From positions 186,001 to 250,000 of the IMG/VR virus record IMGVR_UViG_3300023174_005338: DNA of 64,000 nt. One strand, given 5' to 3'. The position numbers were made by a program, and so were the translations under genes. The notes beneath the pieces are model-generated. The model was given only the letters and a program-made list of their open reading frames with translations, did not search any database and was not told the origin of the DNA. Below, in pieces: positions 24,928-34,144 of the stretch (the stretch's first letter is position 1; each line of letters begins with the position of its first letter).

Positions 24928-26232
24928 TCAACAAGACCAATGGTCGGTGGCAATCAAATCACTGGCACTGAATATTTTTCCGTTTATTGTGGTAATTTTG
25001 CTGGGTGGCATGGTCTGACCATGTAATTTTCCTACAGTGTACATCGGAGATTGATATCTAAGATATTGCCCAATGTCTCCATTACGGGCCTTGACAAAAA
25101 ACTTGGGATTTATCAGGGCCTGATGTGCATTTATGGCATGTTGCCAAGGCTTCAAATATTCCTGTGCATGTGGGTCAGAATGAAACCAATGGAACCATTC
25201 GGGACTATGGTGTGTGTTGGTTTGTTTATGAACCTGGAATGTTTTATGATCGTAACTGGGATACAACACAGCTTTTTTCAAGCGACGGGTTGTTTCGGAA
25301 CTTTCTTTTCTGATTTGGTTGACAGTATTTTTATGTGTCTCCCAACAGGCAAATGCTTTTCTGAAATGTGGATATTGATTGAGAAACAACAACAATGCCT
25401 GGGCTTGTTCACGAACTATCTCTGGCATGTCCGGAGTCCAATAAAAAAATTCTATGTTACGAGCCCATCCATCTGGCATGACATCACTTTTGCTGCCAGC
25501 ATTGGCGGCCATGTCATCAAAATACACACACAGCCAATCGTCGATGATTTTTACAAAAGGAGTATCAACTGCCAAAATTCCAGCCACACTGCCGTGTTGA
25601 TCTGTGCGTTGCCTTAACACTTGATCTAGAGCACGCCAACGTTGAATTACACTGTAGCTGTGTTTTTCTGCAATGAGTATGGTATCGTCGTGGCATTCGT
25701 TTTCTTCCAACTCAGACAAAACGTCACAGATAGTGACCTTGACTCTTGGATAGTTTTGTTGCAACCAGCGTAGCTTGGGCTCAATGGCAAAATCCCATTC
25801 ACTGGACATGTTTTGTGGCCGGGTGTCTTTGCTGGGATTATAACGACCTTTGAGACGACTGTGAGGCCATAGAATCACCACTTCATCCAGATGTATATTG
25901 TTCAATAAAAAGCTGTGCAGTACGGTCGTGCTGTCGCCGCCGCCGGACCAGGCCAGACAAAGCCATTTGTATTTTTGCCGCAGTTGCCAGGCGCGGTCTC
26001 GATAAAGATCATTCAGAGTCCGACCATTGGTCTGCATCCAATTGATTTTGTCATAGGTTGATCTGTTGAAATTCCAACTGATGTCCTGGCCGGTTCTGGT
26101 GGCTTCTTGCATGGCATACACTTTATGATTGAACGCTCGTTGGCCCACTTGGTAGTATCCATTCTTGGCAAAAAAAGATAAGCTAGCTGCGGTATCTGCC
26201 ACCACTGGCAAAGAAAATGATTCAGTCATACT
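24928..26232 (-). CDS. PP-loop protein of unknown function, paralogue of 20187-21329
   Basis: LCLAWSGGGDS; shared GYYxVG, WNFN and EFFYWxP blocks. Confidence 0.6.
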   Translation of the reverse strand, partial: SMTESFSLPVVADTAASLSFFAKNGYYQVGQRAFNHKVYAMQEATRTGQDISWNFNRSTYDKINWMQTNGRTLNDLYRDRAWQLRQKYKWLCLAWSGGGDSTTVLHSFLLNNIHLDEVVILWPHSRLKGRYNPSKDTRPQNMSSEWDFAIEPKLRWLQQNYPRVKVTICDVLSELEENECHDDTILIAEKHSYSVIQRWRALDQVLRQRTDQHGSVAGILAVDTPFVKIIDDWLCVYFDDMAANAGSKSDVMPDGWARNIEFFYWTPDMPEIVREQAQALLLFLNQYPHFRKAFACWETHKNTVNQIRKESSETTRRLKKAVLYPSYDHKTFQVHKQTNTHHSPEWFHWFHSDPHAQEYLKPWQHAINAHQALINPKFFVKARNGDIGQYLRYQSPMYTVGKLHGQTMPPSKITTINGKIFSASDLIATDHWSC

Positions 26233-26319
26233 GCATTTATTTACAGGCATCTGCATTTGTCTAAAAATAAACAGTGGTCATGACTCAAACTAAATATAGG
26301 TCTATCAGTTGGAAATCAT

Positions 26320-27210
26320 ATGAACATTATACGTGCAATATTGACAACTTTCCTTTGTTGGACTACTGTGGCCACGGCACAACCCAAATTAGAAATAGTT
26401 GTGCCTAATCCTCCTGGAGGAACCACGGATCAAGTGGCACGGCACATACAGTCTATTTTGTCTAGTCACACTGACAGATCTGTCATAGTTGTCAATAAAC
26501 CCGGTGCTTTTGGTAAAATAGCCATGGACTATGTGACCAGCAACTCGACCAAAAAAGACATGATACTGATAATCAGCACAGGAACTTTTGTACAGTCTGT
26601 GATAGACAGTAACAATGACTTGAAGAATTTTTATGTGGTAGCTCCTGTGATGACAACTCAAAGTGTGTTGGTGACTACCACAACATCTAATATCCGCAAC
26701 TGGAAAGAATTCTTGGCGCGAGCACGCAATGAACCTCTCAGTTGTGGTGTCAGCAACGGTGCTTCTAATCTGGCCGCTCAATACCTAATAAAAAAATTAA
26801 ACTTGCCCAATGTAGAAATTATTCCATTCAGTGGCAGCACAGGGGTCAATACATCTTTGCTTGGTAACCATATACAATGCGCCTTTGATACTTTGACTAC
26901 CCTGCAACCGCTGATTCAAGATGGAAAACTCTCCATATTGGCCACCATGGCCAACAAACCTCCCAAGCAATATCCCAATTTGCTATCAATCGAACAGAAT
27001 GTCCCTGGGTTTGATTTCCAAAACTGGTACGCCGTGGCTGTACATGATAAATCGTCAACAGAATTCATGAACTGGTATAGATTGGTCATGCCACAACTGC
27101 TCCAAGGAATTTCTAGTTTTGATGGAGTTTATGCAACACGCCCTCGGGCAGATTGGATCTCTGATCAAACTCAATTTGTTAACACCATGCTACAATACAA
27201 CAAAAAATAG
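26320..27210 (+). CDS. Bug/TctC substrate-binding protein
   Basis: Signal peptide, PNPPGGTTD, NKPGAFG, IPFSG, FQNWYAV. Confidence 0.82.
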   Translation: MNIIRAILTTFLCWTTVATAQPKLEIVVPNPPGGTTDQVARHIQSILSSHTDRSVIVVNKPGAFGKIAMDYVTSNSTKKDMILIISTGTFVQSVIDSNNDLKNFYVVAPVMTTQSVLVTTTTSNIRNWKEFLARARNEPLSCGVSNGASNLAAQYLIKKLNLPNVEIIPFSGSTGVNTSLLGNHIQCAFDTLTTLQPLIQDGKLSILATMANKPPKQYPNLLSIEQNVPGFDFQNWYAVAVHDKSSTEFMNWYRLVMPQLLQGISSFDGVYATRPRADWISDQTQFVNTMLQYNKK

Positions 27211-27236
27211 CTGTTGCTTTTACGCCACATATTAGG

Positions 27237-27265
27237 TTGACCAGCAATGCCTGTTTTGTTACAAT
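27237..27265 (+). promoter_or_regulatory. sigma70-type promoter
   Basis: TTGACC-17 nt-TACAAT. Confidence 0.6.
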
Positions 27266-27322
27266 ATACTTTATTGAACATAATTCAATAAATTATTTTA
27301 ACTTAAAAACAAGGACACAGCC

Positions 27323-28408
27323 ATGTCAGATACAAGAACCGTAACATCGGTGCAGGCTCGCAAAAGTCTTCTCCGAGCATTCAGCAAAAAACGCCCACTC
27401 TTTTTGTGGGGGCCTCCTGGCATCGGTAAAAGTGAATTGGTAGCAGACATTGCCCAAGAACTTGGTGGTTACATGATCGACCTCCGACTTGGTCAGATGG
27501 AGCCCACTGATATCCGTGGTATTCCGTTTTACAACAAAGATTCTGGCAAAATGGACTGGGCTGAACCGGTAGATCTTCCTACCAAAGAATTTGCCAGCCA
27601 GTATCCCATCGTGGTGCTATTCTTGGACGAGATGAATAGTGCCGCACCAAGTGTGCAAGCCGCGGCCTATCAGTTGATTCTTAATCGTCGCTGTGGCAAA
27701 TACTTCTTGCCTGACAATGTGGTCATGGTGGCTGCAGGTAATCGTGAAAGCGACAAAGGTGTGACCTATCGTATGCCCACGCCCTTGGCCAATCGTTTCA
27801 TACACCAAGAAATGCGTGTGGACTTTGCGAGTTATCAAGAGTGGGCAGTCAACAACAACATCCACAAAGACGTGGTTGGTTATTTGAGTTTTGCCAAGCA
27901 GGACTTGTATGACTTTGATCCCAAATCAGCCAGCCGTGCCTTTGCAACACCAAGGTCATGGACATTCGTAAGTGAATTGCTTGAAGATGAAGATGGCGAT
28001 GATGACACTATCATGAACTTGATTGCAGGTACTGTGGGCGAAGGTCTTGCTGTGAAGTTCATGGCACACCGCAAGGTTGCTGGACGCATGCCCAAGCCCG
28101 AAGATATCTTGAGTGGCAAAGAGAAAGATCTCAATGTCAAAGAAGTAAGTGCCATGTACAGCCTGGTCATCAGTATGTGCTACGAACTCAAAGGTGCTAT
28201 TGAACGCAAGGTGCCGGACAAACAGTTCCATGAAATGGCCGACCACTTCTTCAAGTACATGATGCAGAACTTTGAGACCGAGCTTGTGGTCATGGGTGCC
28301 CGTATTGCACTTACCACCTACAACTTACCGTTCCAGCCTACCAAGCTCAAGAATTTTGATGAGTTCCACAACCGCTTCGGCAAGTATATTTTGCAAGCTT
28401 CGGCCTAG
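27323..28408 (+). CDS. MoxR-type AAA+ ATPase
   Basis: Walker A GPPGIGKS, Walker B LFLDEMN, AAGN, LANRF. Confidence 0.88.
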   Translation: MSDTRTVTSVQARKSLLRAFSKKRPLFLWGPPGIGKSELVADIAQELGGYMIDLRLGQMEPTDIRGIPFYNKDSGKMDWAEPVDLPTKEFASQYPIVVLFLDEMNSAAPSVQAAAYQLILNRRCGKYFLPDNVVMVAAGNRESDKGVTYRMPTPLANRFIHQEMRVDFASYQEWAVNNNIHKDVVGYLSFAKQDLYDFDPKSASRAFATPRSWTFVSELLEDEDGDDDTIMNLIAGTVGEGLAVKFMAHRKVAGRMPKPEDILSGKEKDLNVKEVSAMYSLVISMCYELKGAIERKVPDKQFHEMADHFFKYMMQNFETELVVMGARIALTTYNLPFQPTKLKNFDEFHNRFGKYILQASA

Positions 28409-28477
28409 AGATAGGCCCGGAAGGCTGTGGTTCAACAAGGCTGTGTCCTACAGCCTTCCATCTTTGATTGACTGCAT

Positions 28478-28822
28478 ATGAACTATACTGTTACCCGACT
28501 GGATCGTAGATACGCTTACTGGGAGGAATTCAACTACATGATTGAGTTCCATAAAAATCGTGAGTGGGGCATGGGCACAGGTGTGCTAGACTTTGACCGT
28601 GCCAGAAAGTGGTTCAATGAGACCTACGGTTGGAGCCAGGAAGTAGACACCCGTAGAGAAATGGTTGCCAGCAAGGTGCGCTTGAACATAGACATACACG
28701 ATTTCAGTTATCTCAACACCGACTGGGCTTGGAGTTGTAGATATCAAGAATACAGGATCTATGTGAGCGATTCGGCCTTGACCATGTTTGAATTAAAGTG
28801 GAGACAGCATGCGCCTGCCTGA
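28478..28822 (+). CDS. Small phage protein (C-terminal FxLKW family)
   Basis: Ends ALTMFELKW; coupled ORF array. Confidence 0.65.
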   Translation: MNYTVTRLDRRYAYWEEFNYMIEFHKNREWGMGTGVLDFDRARKWFNETYGWSQEVDTRREMVASKVRLNIDIHDFSYLNTDWAWSCRYQEYRIYVSDSALTMFELKWRQHAPA

Positions 28823-29024
28823 TCCAGACTGGCCTTACATCTGCTACACCAGCCACCCTTGGCCCGAAGTGCAGGATTGGTGTGAGGCCAACGTTGGTGT
28901 GTTTGATCAGGATTGGTACAAGCTGGGCGAAGATATTATGGCCAGCATGATGACAGATTACAAAAGCACCTACATGTTCCGTGACGAGCATCATGCTGTG
29001 CTGTTCCAGTTAAGGTGGACATGA
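28809..29024 (+). CDS. Small phage protein (same family)
   Basis: Ends FRDEHHAVLFQLRW. Confidence 0.65.
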   Translation: MRLPDPDWPYICYTSHPWPEVQDWCEANVGVFDQDWYKLGEDIMASMMTDYKSTYMFRDEHHAVLFQLRWT

Positions 29025-29233
29025 TCAGAGTATTGGTCAAAAACGCCCAACAAGCCATGGATCTCAAACAGCGGGTGCTGGATGCTGGCTTGATTTTGCA
29101 TGAAGATTTTACCTGGGAATATAGACCTGACCCTTATGACGGCTACGACGACAGCTCACATGCACACCCTGAAGTCAGATTCATATTCCGCGATCCTGCA
29201 CAGGAAACTTTTTTTAGGATGCGATTTGAATGA
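29015..29233 (+). CDS. Small phage protein (same family)
   Basis: Ends FRDPAQETFFRMRF. Confidence 0.65.
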   Translation: MDMIRVLVKNAQQAMDLKQRVLDAGLILHEDFTWEYRPDPYDGYDDSSHAHPEVRFIFRDPAQETFFRMRFE

Positions 29234-29460
29234 TCCAGTTAGATCTATGGCCTCCGCCGCCATGGACCGAGGTTGTGGTCACTTGGGAGACCATGTTGCA
29301 CAATGCTGATCGGGTACCCAATAACATTACTGAGTGGTGTTATAGACATCCTGGGCACGGACGTTGGCACCTGCATGGGTTCCAGAGTACCGAAGGATTT
29401 GCTTTTAGATTTGAAGATGCTCGCGATGCTACCATATTTAGATTGTTCTGGGTTCGATGA
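29230..29460 (+). CDS. Small phage protein (same family)
   Basis: Ends FEDARDATIFRLFW. Confidence 0.65.
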   Translation: MIQLDLWPPPPWTEVVVTWETMLHNADRVPNNITEWCYRHPGHGRWHLHGFQSTEGFAFRFEDARDATIFRLFWVR

Positions 29461-29738
29461 ACTACTATTACGAACTTGACGAACGCACAAAAAAAGCCAA
29501 CTTAGAACAGTGGCACTTGTGGTGCATGCCCAACTGCTCGCCGGCTGAAGGTGGACGTATGTGTTTTAAAACACACGATGACTTTGTTGCCAACAGCCGT
29601 AGAGTCTGGTTGGAAAATGCCAATGGAGTTTACTTGGTCAAGCCGGTCTGGGGTATATACCGAGGGCAAGTAGATGATCGTGAGTTTACCATGATCAAAC
29701 TGCGTGCCCGGACCATAAAGTGGTGGGAAGATGAGTAA
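29457..29738 (+). CDS. Small hypothetical phage protein
   Basis: ATGA-coupled ORF in array. Confidence 0.6.
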   Translation: MNYYYELDERTKKANLEQWHLWCMPNCSPAEGGRMCFKTHDDFVANSRRVWLENANGVYLVKPVWGIYRGQVDDREFTMIKLRARTIKWWEDE

Positions 29739-30006
29739 AGACGAATACTATGCCAACACAGCCGCAAGATTGGACACTATCATAGGTGGAGACACCAGCC
29801 ATTATCAAAGGTTGATCCGAGTCAAAGCCGAATACGATGAGTTGGCTAGAGAGGTGCCAGTGGGTCAGGGATTCCTGACCTTTTATGACTATGTGAAAGA
29901 ATACTACGGAGTCAAACTCATGTTCGAAGGCGATGATTTGAAACTGGCCTACACTGTGATAGACGACAAAAAGTACACTGTGTTTCTACTAAAGTTCAAT
30001 AAATGA
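29731..30006 (+). CDS. Small phage protein (same family)
   Basis: Ends IDDKKYTVFLLKF. Confidence 0.65.
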   Translation: MSKDEYYANTAARLDTIIGGDTSHYQRLIRVKAEYDELAREVPVGQGFLTFYDYVKEYYGVKLMFEGDDLKLAYTVIDDKKYTVFLLKFNK

Positions 30007-30212
30007 TCAACTGGGCCTACATTGTTGCCAGATTGGTTGGTGCTATTGGTTCATGGATAGAAGCCAGCAATCTAAGAAACCGTTGTTTCAAAATGGCCGA
30101 GGAAGCTGAAATCATGATGACAGCCTTGGAAGACATAGAACGCATGAGCAAGGAAGATCGAATAAAACAGTATGCTCGCAGAGCCATTGACACTGTGCGA
30201 GGCTTGCCATGA
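30003..30212 (+). CDS. Small hypothetical protein
   Basis: ATGA-coupled ORF in array. Confidence 0.6.
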   Translation: MINWAYIVARLVGAIGSWIEASNLRNRCFKMAEEAEIMMTALEDIERMSKEDRIKQYARRAIDTVRGLP

Positions 30213-30529
30213 AGGTCACCGTCAAACCTGGCTTGATCATATTCCACAATCCCAAGGATTGGGAACCCATACAGTATCAACTAGGCCGTGATCACGGAAC
30301 CCGTGTGTTGATCAGTTATGTGTGCCGACGAGAGCTAGGATTTACCGTTCGCAGACACAAGGCTTGGGTGCCTTGGAGCGAAAAATACAGCAATGACGAA
30401 AATGTTTTTCTTGCTAGTATTGATCGGAATTTGTCTAATCGTTATACTCATCAGGTAGAAATACACTTAGATTTCTATGATCACGCTCAACAGACCTGGT
30501 TTGTGTTAAAATATCTCAACGCTCAATAA
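30209..30529 (+). CDS. Small phage protein (same family)
   Basis: Ends FYDHAQQTWFVLKY. Confidence 0.65.
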   Translation: MKVTVKPGLIIFHNPKDWEPIQYQLGRDHGTRVLISYVCRRELGFTVRRHKAWVPWSEKYSNDENVFLASIDRNLSNRYTHQVEIHLDFYDHAQQTWFVLKYLNAQ

Positions 30530-30550
30530 TATTTTAAAATTAAAAAACTT

Positions 30551-31282
30551 ATGACTTTCAAACATCGTATTGTTAATAGCAAAATCTTGGTTGAATATCC
30601 GCATGGTGCGGGAGGTGCATTTTTATCGCGTGTGTTGGCATGTTGCACCACAAATTTACCATGGAAACCTGGCCCGATAAATTTCCATAATTTGACTTAT
30701 AAAGTCAACAATGCTCATTGGTATGATGATCGGGCCAACAATATTATCAGTATCAACGATAGCCGGGCAAAATATAATTTTTGGATCTATTATTTTAGAA
30801 AACGTGTGGTTCATGAACTCATACATTATAGATATCAGCAACAGAGATGGATCAAATGTCCATATGCAGATGTAACTGCCAGAGAAGACGGATTGTGGTT
30901 ATTGAATCAGTGTAGATTTATCATGCAATATCAAACTAACCAACCTTGGAAAATTAGTTGGATAGAAATGTTGGAAAATCCCGCCAACAGTTGGAAAACC
31001 ATTCAAAATTTTTTAGAATCAAACAATCAACCCAACCATTGGAACATTGATCAATGGAACTCAGCGGTCGATGATTATCGAAAAACATTAAGCAAAGTAG
31101 TAATAAATCAACATCATGCGAGATGGCAAATCTGGGCCGCTGCTGTTTTGCAGGAACAAGGAATGATTCCCGATTTTGATTTGGTTGATAATTTTAGAAA
31201 GGTTGAATTTGTAAATTGGATCGACGGGCACAGTAACAAACTAGTTGAGTACACAAAACAAAGCCTATGGACACCAGGTTGA
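30551..31282 (+). CDS. AT-rich hypothetical protein
   Basis: 243 aa ORF; N-terminal YPHGAGGAFL is weakly sulfotransferase/P-loop-like. Confidence 0.55.
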   Translation: MTFKHRIVNSKILVEYPHGAGGAFLSRVLACCTTNLPWKPGPINFHNLTYKVNNAHWYDDRANNIISINDSRAKYNFWIYYFRKRVVHELIHYRYQQQRWIKCPYADVTAREDGLWLLNQCRFIMQYQTNQPWKISWIEMLENPANSWKTIQNFLESNNQPNHWNIDQWNSAVDDYRKTLSKVVINQHHARWQIWAAAVLQEQGMIPDFDLVDNFRKVEFVNWIDGHSNKLVEYTKQSLWTPG

Positions 31283-31307
31283 CCAATAAATCCGTTTTTG
31301 CTATAAT
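31279..31307 (+). promoter_or_regulatory. sigma70-type promoter with extended -10
   Basis: TTGACC-17 nt-(TGc)TATAAT. Confidence 0.7.
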
Positions 31308-31336
31308 ATTATATACAGTGAAAAAATAGGAGCAGT

Positions 31337-32629
31337 ATGAGCACAGCCAGCACCACACAAAACAAAAAAGAAGCCGACAAGTTCAAAGATCTGATTGGAC
31401 CCATGGATCCCAAACTGGATCGTGAAGTGCGTGAAAAACTGATCACAGCCAGGGTGGGCTTGCTACTCCGTGCCAGCTTTTTTGGTAACTTGGCCACCCG
31501 TTTAAAGTTGGTCAATGCTGACGAATGGTGTGGTACCGCGGCCACAGACGGGCGTCATTTCTATTACAATAGTCGTTTCATCGACATGCTCAAGCCCAAA
31601 GAAATTGAATTCTTGTTTGGACATGAGGTCTTGCATTGTGTGTATGATCACTTTGGTCGACGTGGTGACCGTGATCCCATGCTGTTCAACGTGGCCAATG
31701 ACTATGCTGTCAACGGCGACTTGAAAAAACATCGTGTGGGCGAGTTCATCACTTCAGTACCTTGCTTGTATGATTCAAAATATGAAGGCAAGAGTTCAGA
31801 AGAAATCTATGATGACCTGTATGAAAACGCTGAAAAGATCAACGTGTCAGATCTCATTGACAAGCTCTTGGATGATCATTTAGATGGCGAAGGTGATTCA
31901 GACAGTGATGAAGATGGTGACGAAAAAGATGGCCGGGGTAAGAAGCCCAAACTTAGTGCAGAAGAGCGTCAAAAGATAAAGGACGAGATCAAAGAAGCTG
32001 TGCTATCAGCGGCTGCGGCGTCGGATGGTGCTGGCAACTTGCCTGCAGGTGTAAAACGTCTTATACAGGACATGACTGCACCCAAGATGAACTGGCGTGA
32101 ATTGCTTCGCATGCAGTTGGAATCCACAATTAAATCTGACTTTACTTGGATGCGAGCCAGTCGACGTGGTTGGCACATGGATGCTGTCATGCCCGGTATG
32201 AAGAACGACGAGCTGATCGATATTGCCATTGGCATCGATGCATCGGGTAGTATTGACGAGCGCATGCTCAAGGATTTTTTGAGTGAAACCCAGGGCATCA
32301 TGGACCAGTTCCAGAGCTACAAGATCCATATCTTTACCTTTGATACTCGAGTGTATAATCCAGCACAATACAACAGTGATAACCTGGACAGCATCTGCGA
32401 TTATGAAGTCAAAGGTGGCGGCGGTACAGACTTTGACGCTATCTATAACTATTTGAAAGAAGAACAGATCGAGCCCAAGCGCCTGGTCGTGTTCACAGAC
32501 GGTTACCCATTTGGATCCTGGGGTGACGAAAACTATGCTGACACAGTGTGGATCATACACGGTAATACTACTGTGGTTCCGCCCTGGGGTCAGCATGCTT
32601 ACTATGAAAAGGAAAAAGCACATGCTTGA
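31337..32629 (+). CDS. Metallopeptidase-like/VWA domain protein (partner of MoxR-type ATPase)
   Basis: HEVLH zinc motif, acidic linker, MIDAS DASGS, GGGGTDF, VFTDGY. Confidence 0.82.
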   Translation: MSTASTTQNKKEADKFKDLIGPMDPKLDREVREKLITARVGLLLRASFFGNLATRLKLVNADEWCGTAATDGRHFYYNSRFIDMLKPKEIEFLFGHEVLHCVYDHFGRRGDRDPMLFNVANDYAVNGDLKKHRVGEFITSVPCLYDSKYEGKSSEEIYDDLYENAEKINVSDLIDKLLDDHLDGEGDSDSDEDGDEKDGRGKKPKLSAEERQKIKDEIKEAVLSAAAASDGAGNLPAGVKRLIQDMTAPKMNWRELLRMQLESTIKSDFTWMRASRRGWHMDAVMPGMKNDELIDIAIGIDASGSIDERMLKDFLSETQGIMDQFQSYKIHIFTFDTRVYNPAQYNSDNLDSICDYEVKGGGGTDFDAIYNYLKEEQIEPKRLVVFTDGYPFGSWGDENYADTVWIIHGNTTVVPPWGQHAYYEKEKAHA

Positions 32630-32792
32630 ACGTTTTAGACATTGGTATTTGACCAACGCAGTAGAAATCACTTGGTTTATCATTGGTGCCATGATCATGA
32701 GTGGCTTGATCTACTTTGGCCAAGAGCAGTACGTAAATGCGGTACTTTGTTGGTTCATAGCCGCGGCCAACTTCTGGTTCCGCAACAAATAA
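32622..32792 (+). CDS. Small two-TM membrane protein
   Basis: 56 aa with two hydrophobic segments. Confidence 0.55.
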   Translation: MLERFRHWYLTNAVEITWFIIGAMIMSGLIYFGQEQYVNAVLCWFIAAANFWFRNK

Positions 32793-32808
32793 GCCAGTCA
32801 GTTTAGCC

Positions 32809-32836
32809 AAAACACCCCACTTTGGGGTGTTTTTTT
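32809..32836 (+). terminator. Intrinsic terminator
   Basis: AAAACACCCCA-CTT-TGGGGTGTTTT + T tract. Confidence 0.8.
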
Positions 32837-32881
32837 ACGGCAAGAATAAATCAGGCCTTGATGCCCGTCGTAAATATCAGC

Positions 32882-33091
32882 ATGGACAATACACAAATTA
32901 CAATCGCAGATCTTGACACCATAAAAAATATCATTGATCTGGCCTGCACACGAGGTGCATTTCGTGGTGCAGAAATCAGTCAAGTGGGTGCTGTATACGA
33001 CAAGCTCTCATTATTTTTAGAAGCAGTAATAGCTCAAGCAAAAGAGCAAGAAACCAGCAACAACGCTGTCAGCCAACCTCAAGGAGAATAA
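32882..33091 (+). CDS. Hypothetical phage protein
   Basis: ATG shortly after TAAATA motif. Confidence 0.6.
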   Translation: MDNTQITIADLDTIKNIIDLACTRGAFRGAEISQVGAVYDKLSLFLEAVIAQAKEQETSNNAVSQPQGE

Positions 33092-33092
33092 T

Positions 33093-33815
33093 ATGGCATT
33101 TATGAAACACGTAGGCAAACATGGAGACCGCAGGGTATGCATCCTGTTCCGACAGGTTCCTGGTGAGGATCACATGGCCTTGATCATTTATCCAGAAACT
33201 CTACAAGCACACTGGCAACAGGCCATTCAGGCTGTGGTAGAAAGTGATATAGCACAGCAGGCTGAAGAATTAGCCGATGCCCTGCACCGTAATTTCTTGC
33301 CAGATGGTCGACCAATACTCGAAACCCTGCATCAAGAACGCATGATCAAGAAAGTTCGTACCAGTGACATCATTGTTACTCCCACAGCCCAAAGTAAAAT
33401 TCGTCTGGATGAACTCAACAAGATGCTTAACGAAATGAAACTGGGTGAAGCAGCCATCAAGAAAATGGCCGACAACGATGCCAGTCGCGGCATGGTAGCA
33501 CCCGAAGTCAAACGCAAAGCCGAAGCCGAATACAAAGCCAGCCAGGCACAATCACAGGCCGTGCCCAAGTTTCAAGCCTCACAGGATGGTGCACTCAGTG
33601 ATAGAGACATTGCTGCCAACATGGTGTTTCAGGCCAAAAAAATGGAGATCGAAGCCAAGTCCATGATTGCTGAAGCCGCACGCATGAAAAAAGATGCACA
33701 GCGCATGGATCCCAATGTGGTGGCCAAAGAAGCACCAGCCCCTGCTGCAAAAGCTGATACCAGCAAGCGCGGCCGTCCCTCTAAGACCAAGGCGGCGGCG
33801 GATGCAACACAATGA
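33093..33815 (+). CDS. Hypothetical phage protein
   Basis: 240 aa ORF, RBS AGGAG, Ala/Lys-rich helical C-terminus. Confidence 0.7.
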   Translation: MAFMKHVGKHGDRRVCILFRQVPGEDHMALIIYPETLQAHWQQAIQAVVESDIAQQAEELADALHRNFLPDGRPILETLHQERMIKKVRTSDIIVTPTAQSKIRLDELNKMLNEMKLGEAAIKKMADNDASRGMVAPEVKRKAEAEYKASQAQSQAVPKFQASQDGALSDRDIAANMVFQAKKMEIEAKSMIAEAARMKKDAQRMDPNVVAKEAPAPAAKADTSKRGRPSKTKAAADATQ

Positions 33816-34104
33816 TGATTTTTTAACACATTGGGAACGAATAGTAGCCGAAGTAAACAAAACCGACGTTCCCCTTGAATGCATTAAAAAAGTTGTTGTA
33901 AAACTAGCAGGCAACCGCCAAAAAACCATAAATGTTCATACCTTGTTAAAGCAAGGTCTAGATCTGTCTGAAGTAGAAAGCATGTTGACAAGATTTTTCA
34001 ATGAAAACGATCATGAAATCCGTGATGTAGACTTTGTGGTGGATGTCACAGCAGTGGCTGATCTTGTCCAGCCCGAAACCGACAAGTTGTTGGGCAAGCT
34101 CTAA
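33802..34104 (+). CDS. Hypothetical phage protein
   Basis: Overlaps previous stop; in frame with track ORF 33694..34104. Confidence 0.6.
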   Translation: MQHNDDFLTHWERIVAEVNKTDVPLECIKKVVVKLAGNRQKTINVHTLLKQGLDLSEVESMLTRFFNENDHEIRDVDFVVDVTAVADLVQPETDKLLGKL

Positions 34105-34109
34105 ATCTG

Positions 34110-34138
34110 TTGCAATAATTCAACGACTATGTTATAAT
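34110..34138 (+). promoter_or_regulatory. sigma70-type promoter
   Basis: TTGCAA-17 nt-(TGt)TATAAT; ATG at 34145. Confidence 0.7.
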
Positions 34139-34144
34139 AGTGTT

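Noticed and set aside
32006-32698. Long antisense ORFs in the track (e.g. 32006-32698, 60376-61161, 62830-63420, 25051-25617)
   Set aside because: They lie opposite well-supported genes, lack motifs and RBSs, and are expected shadows of codon bias.
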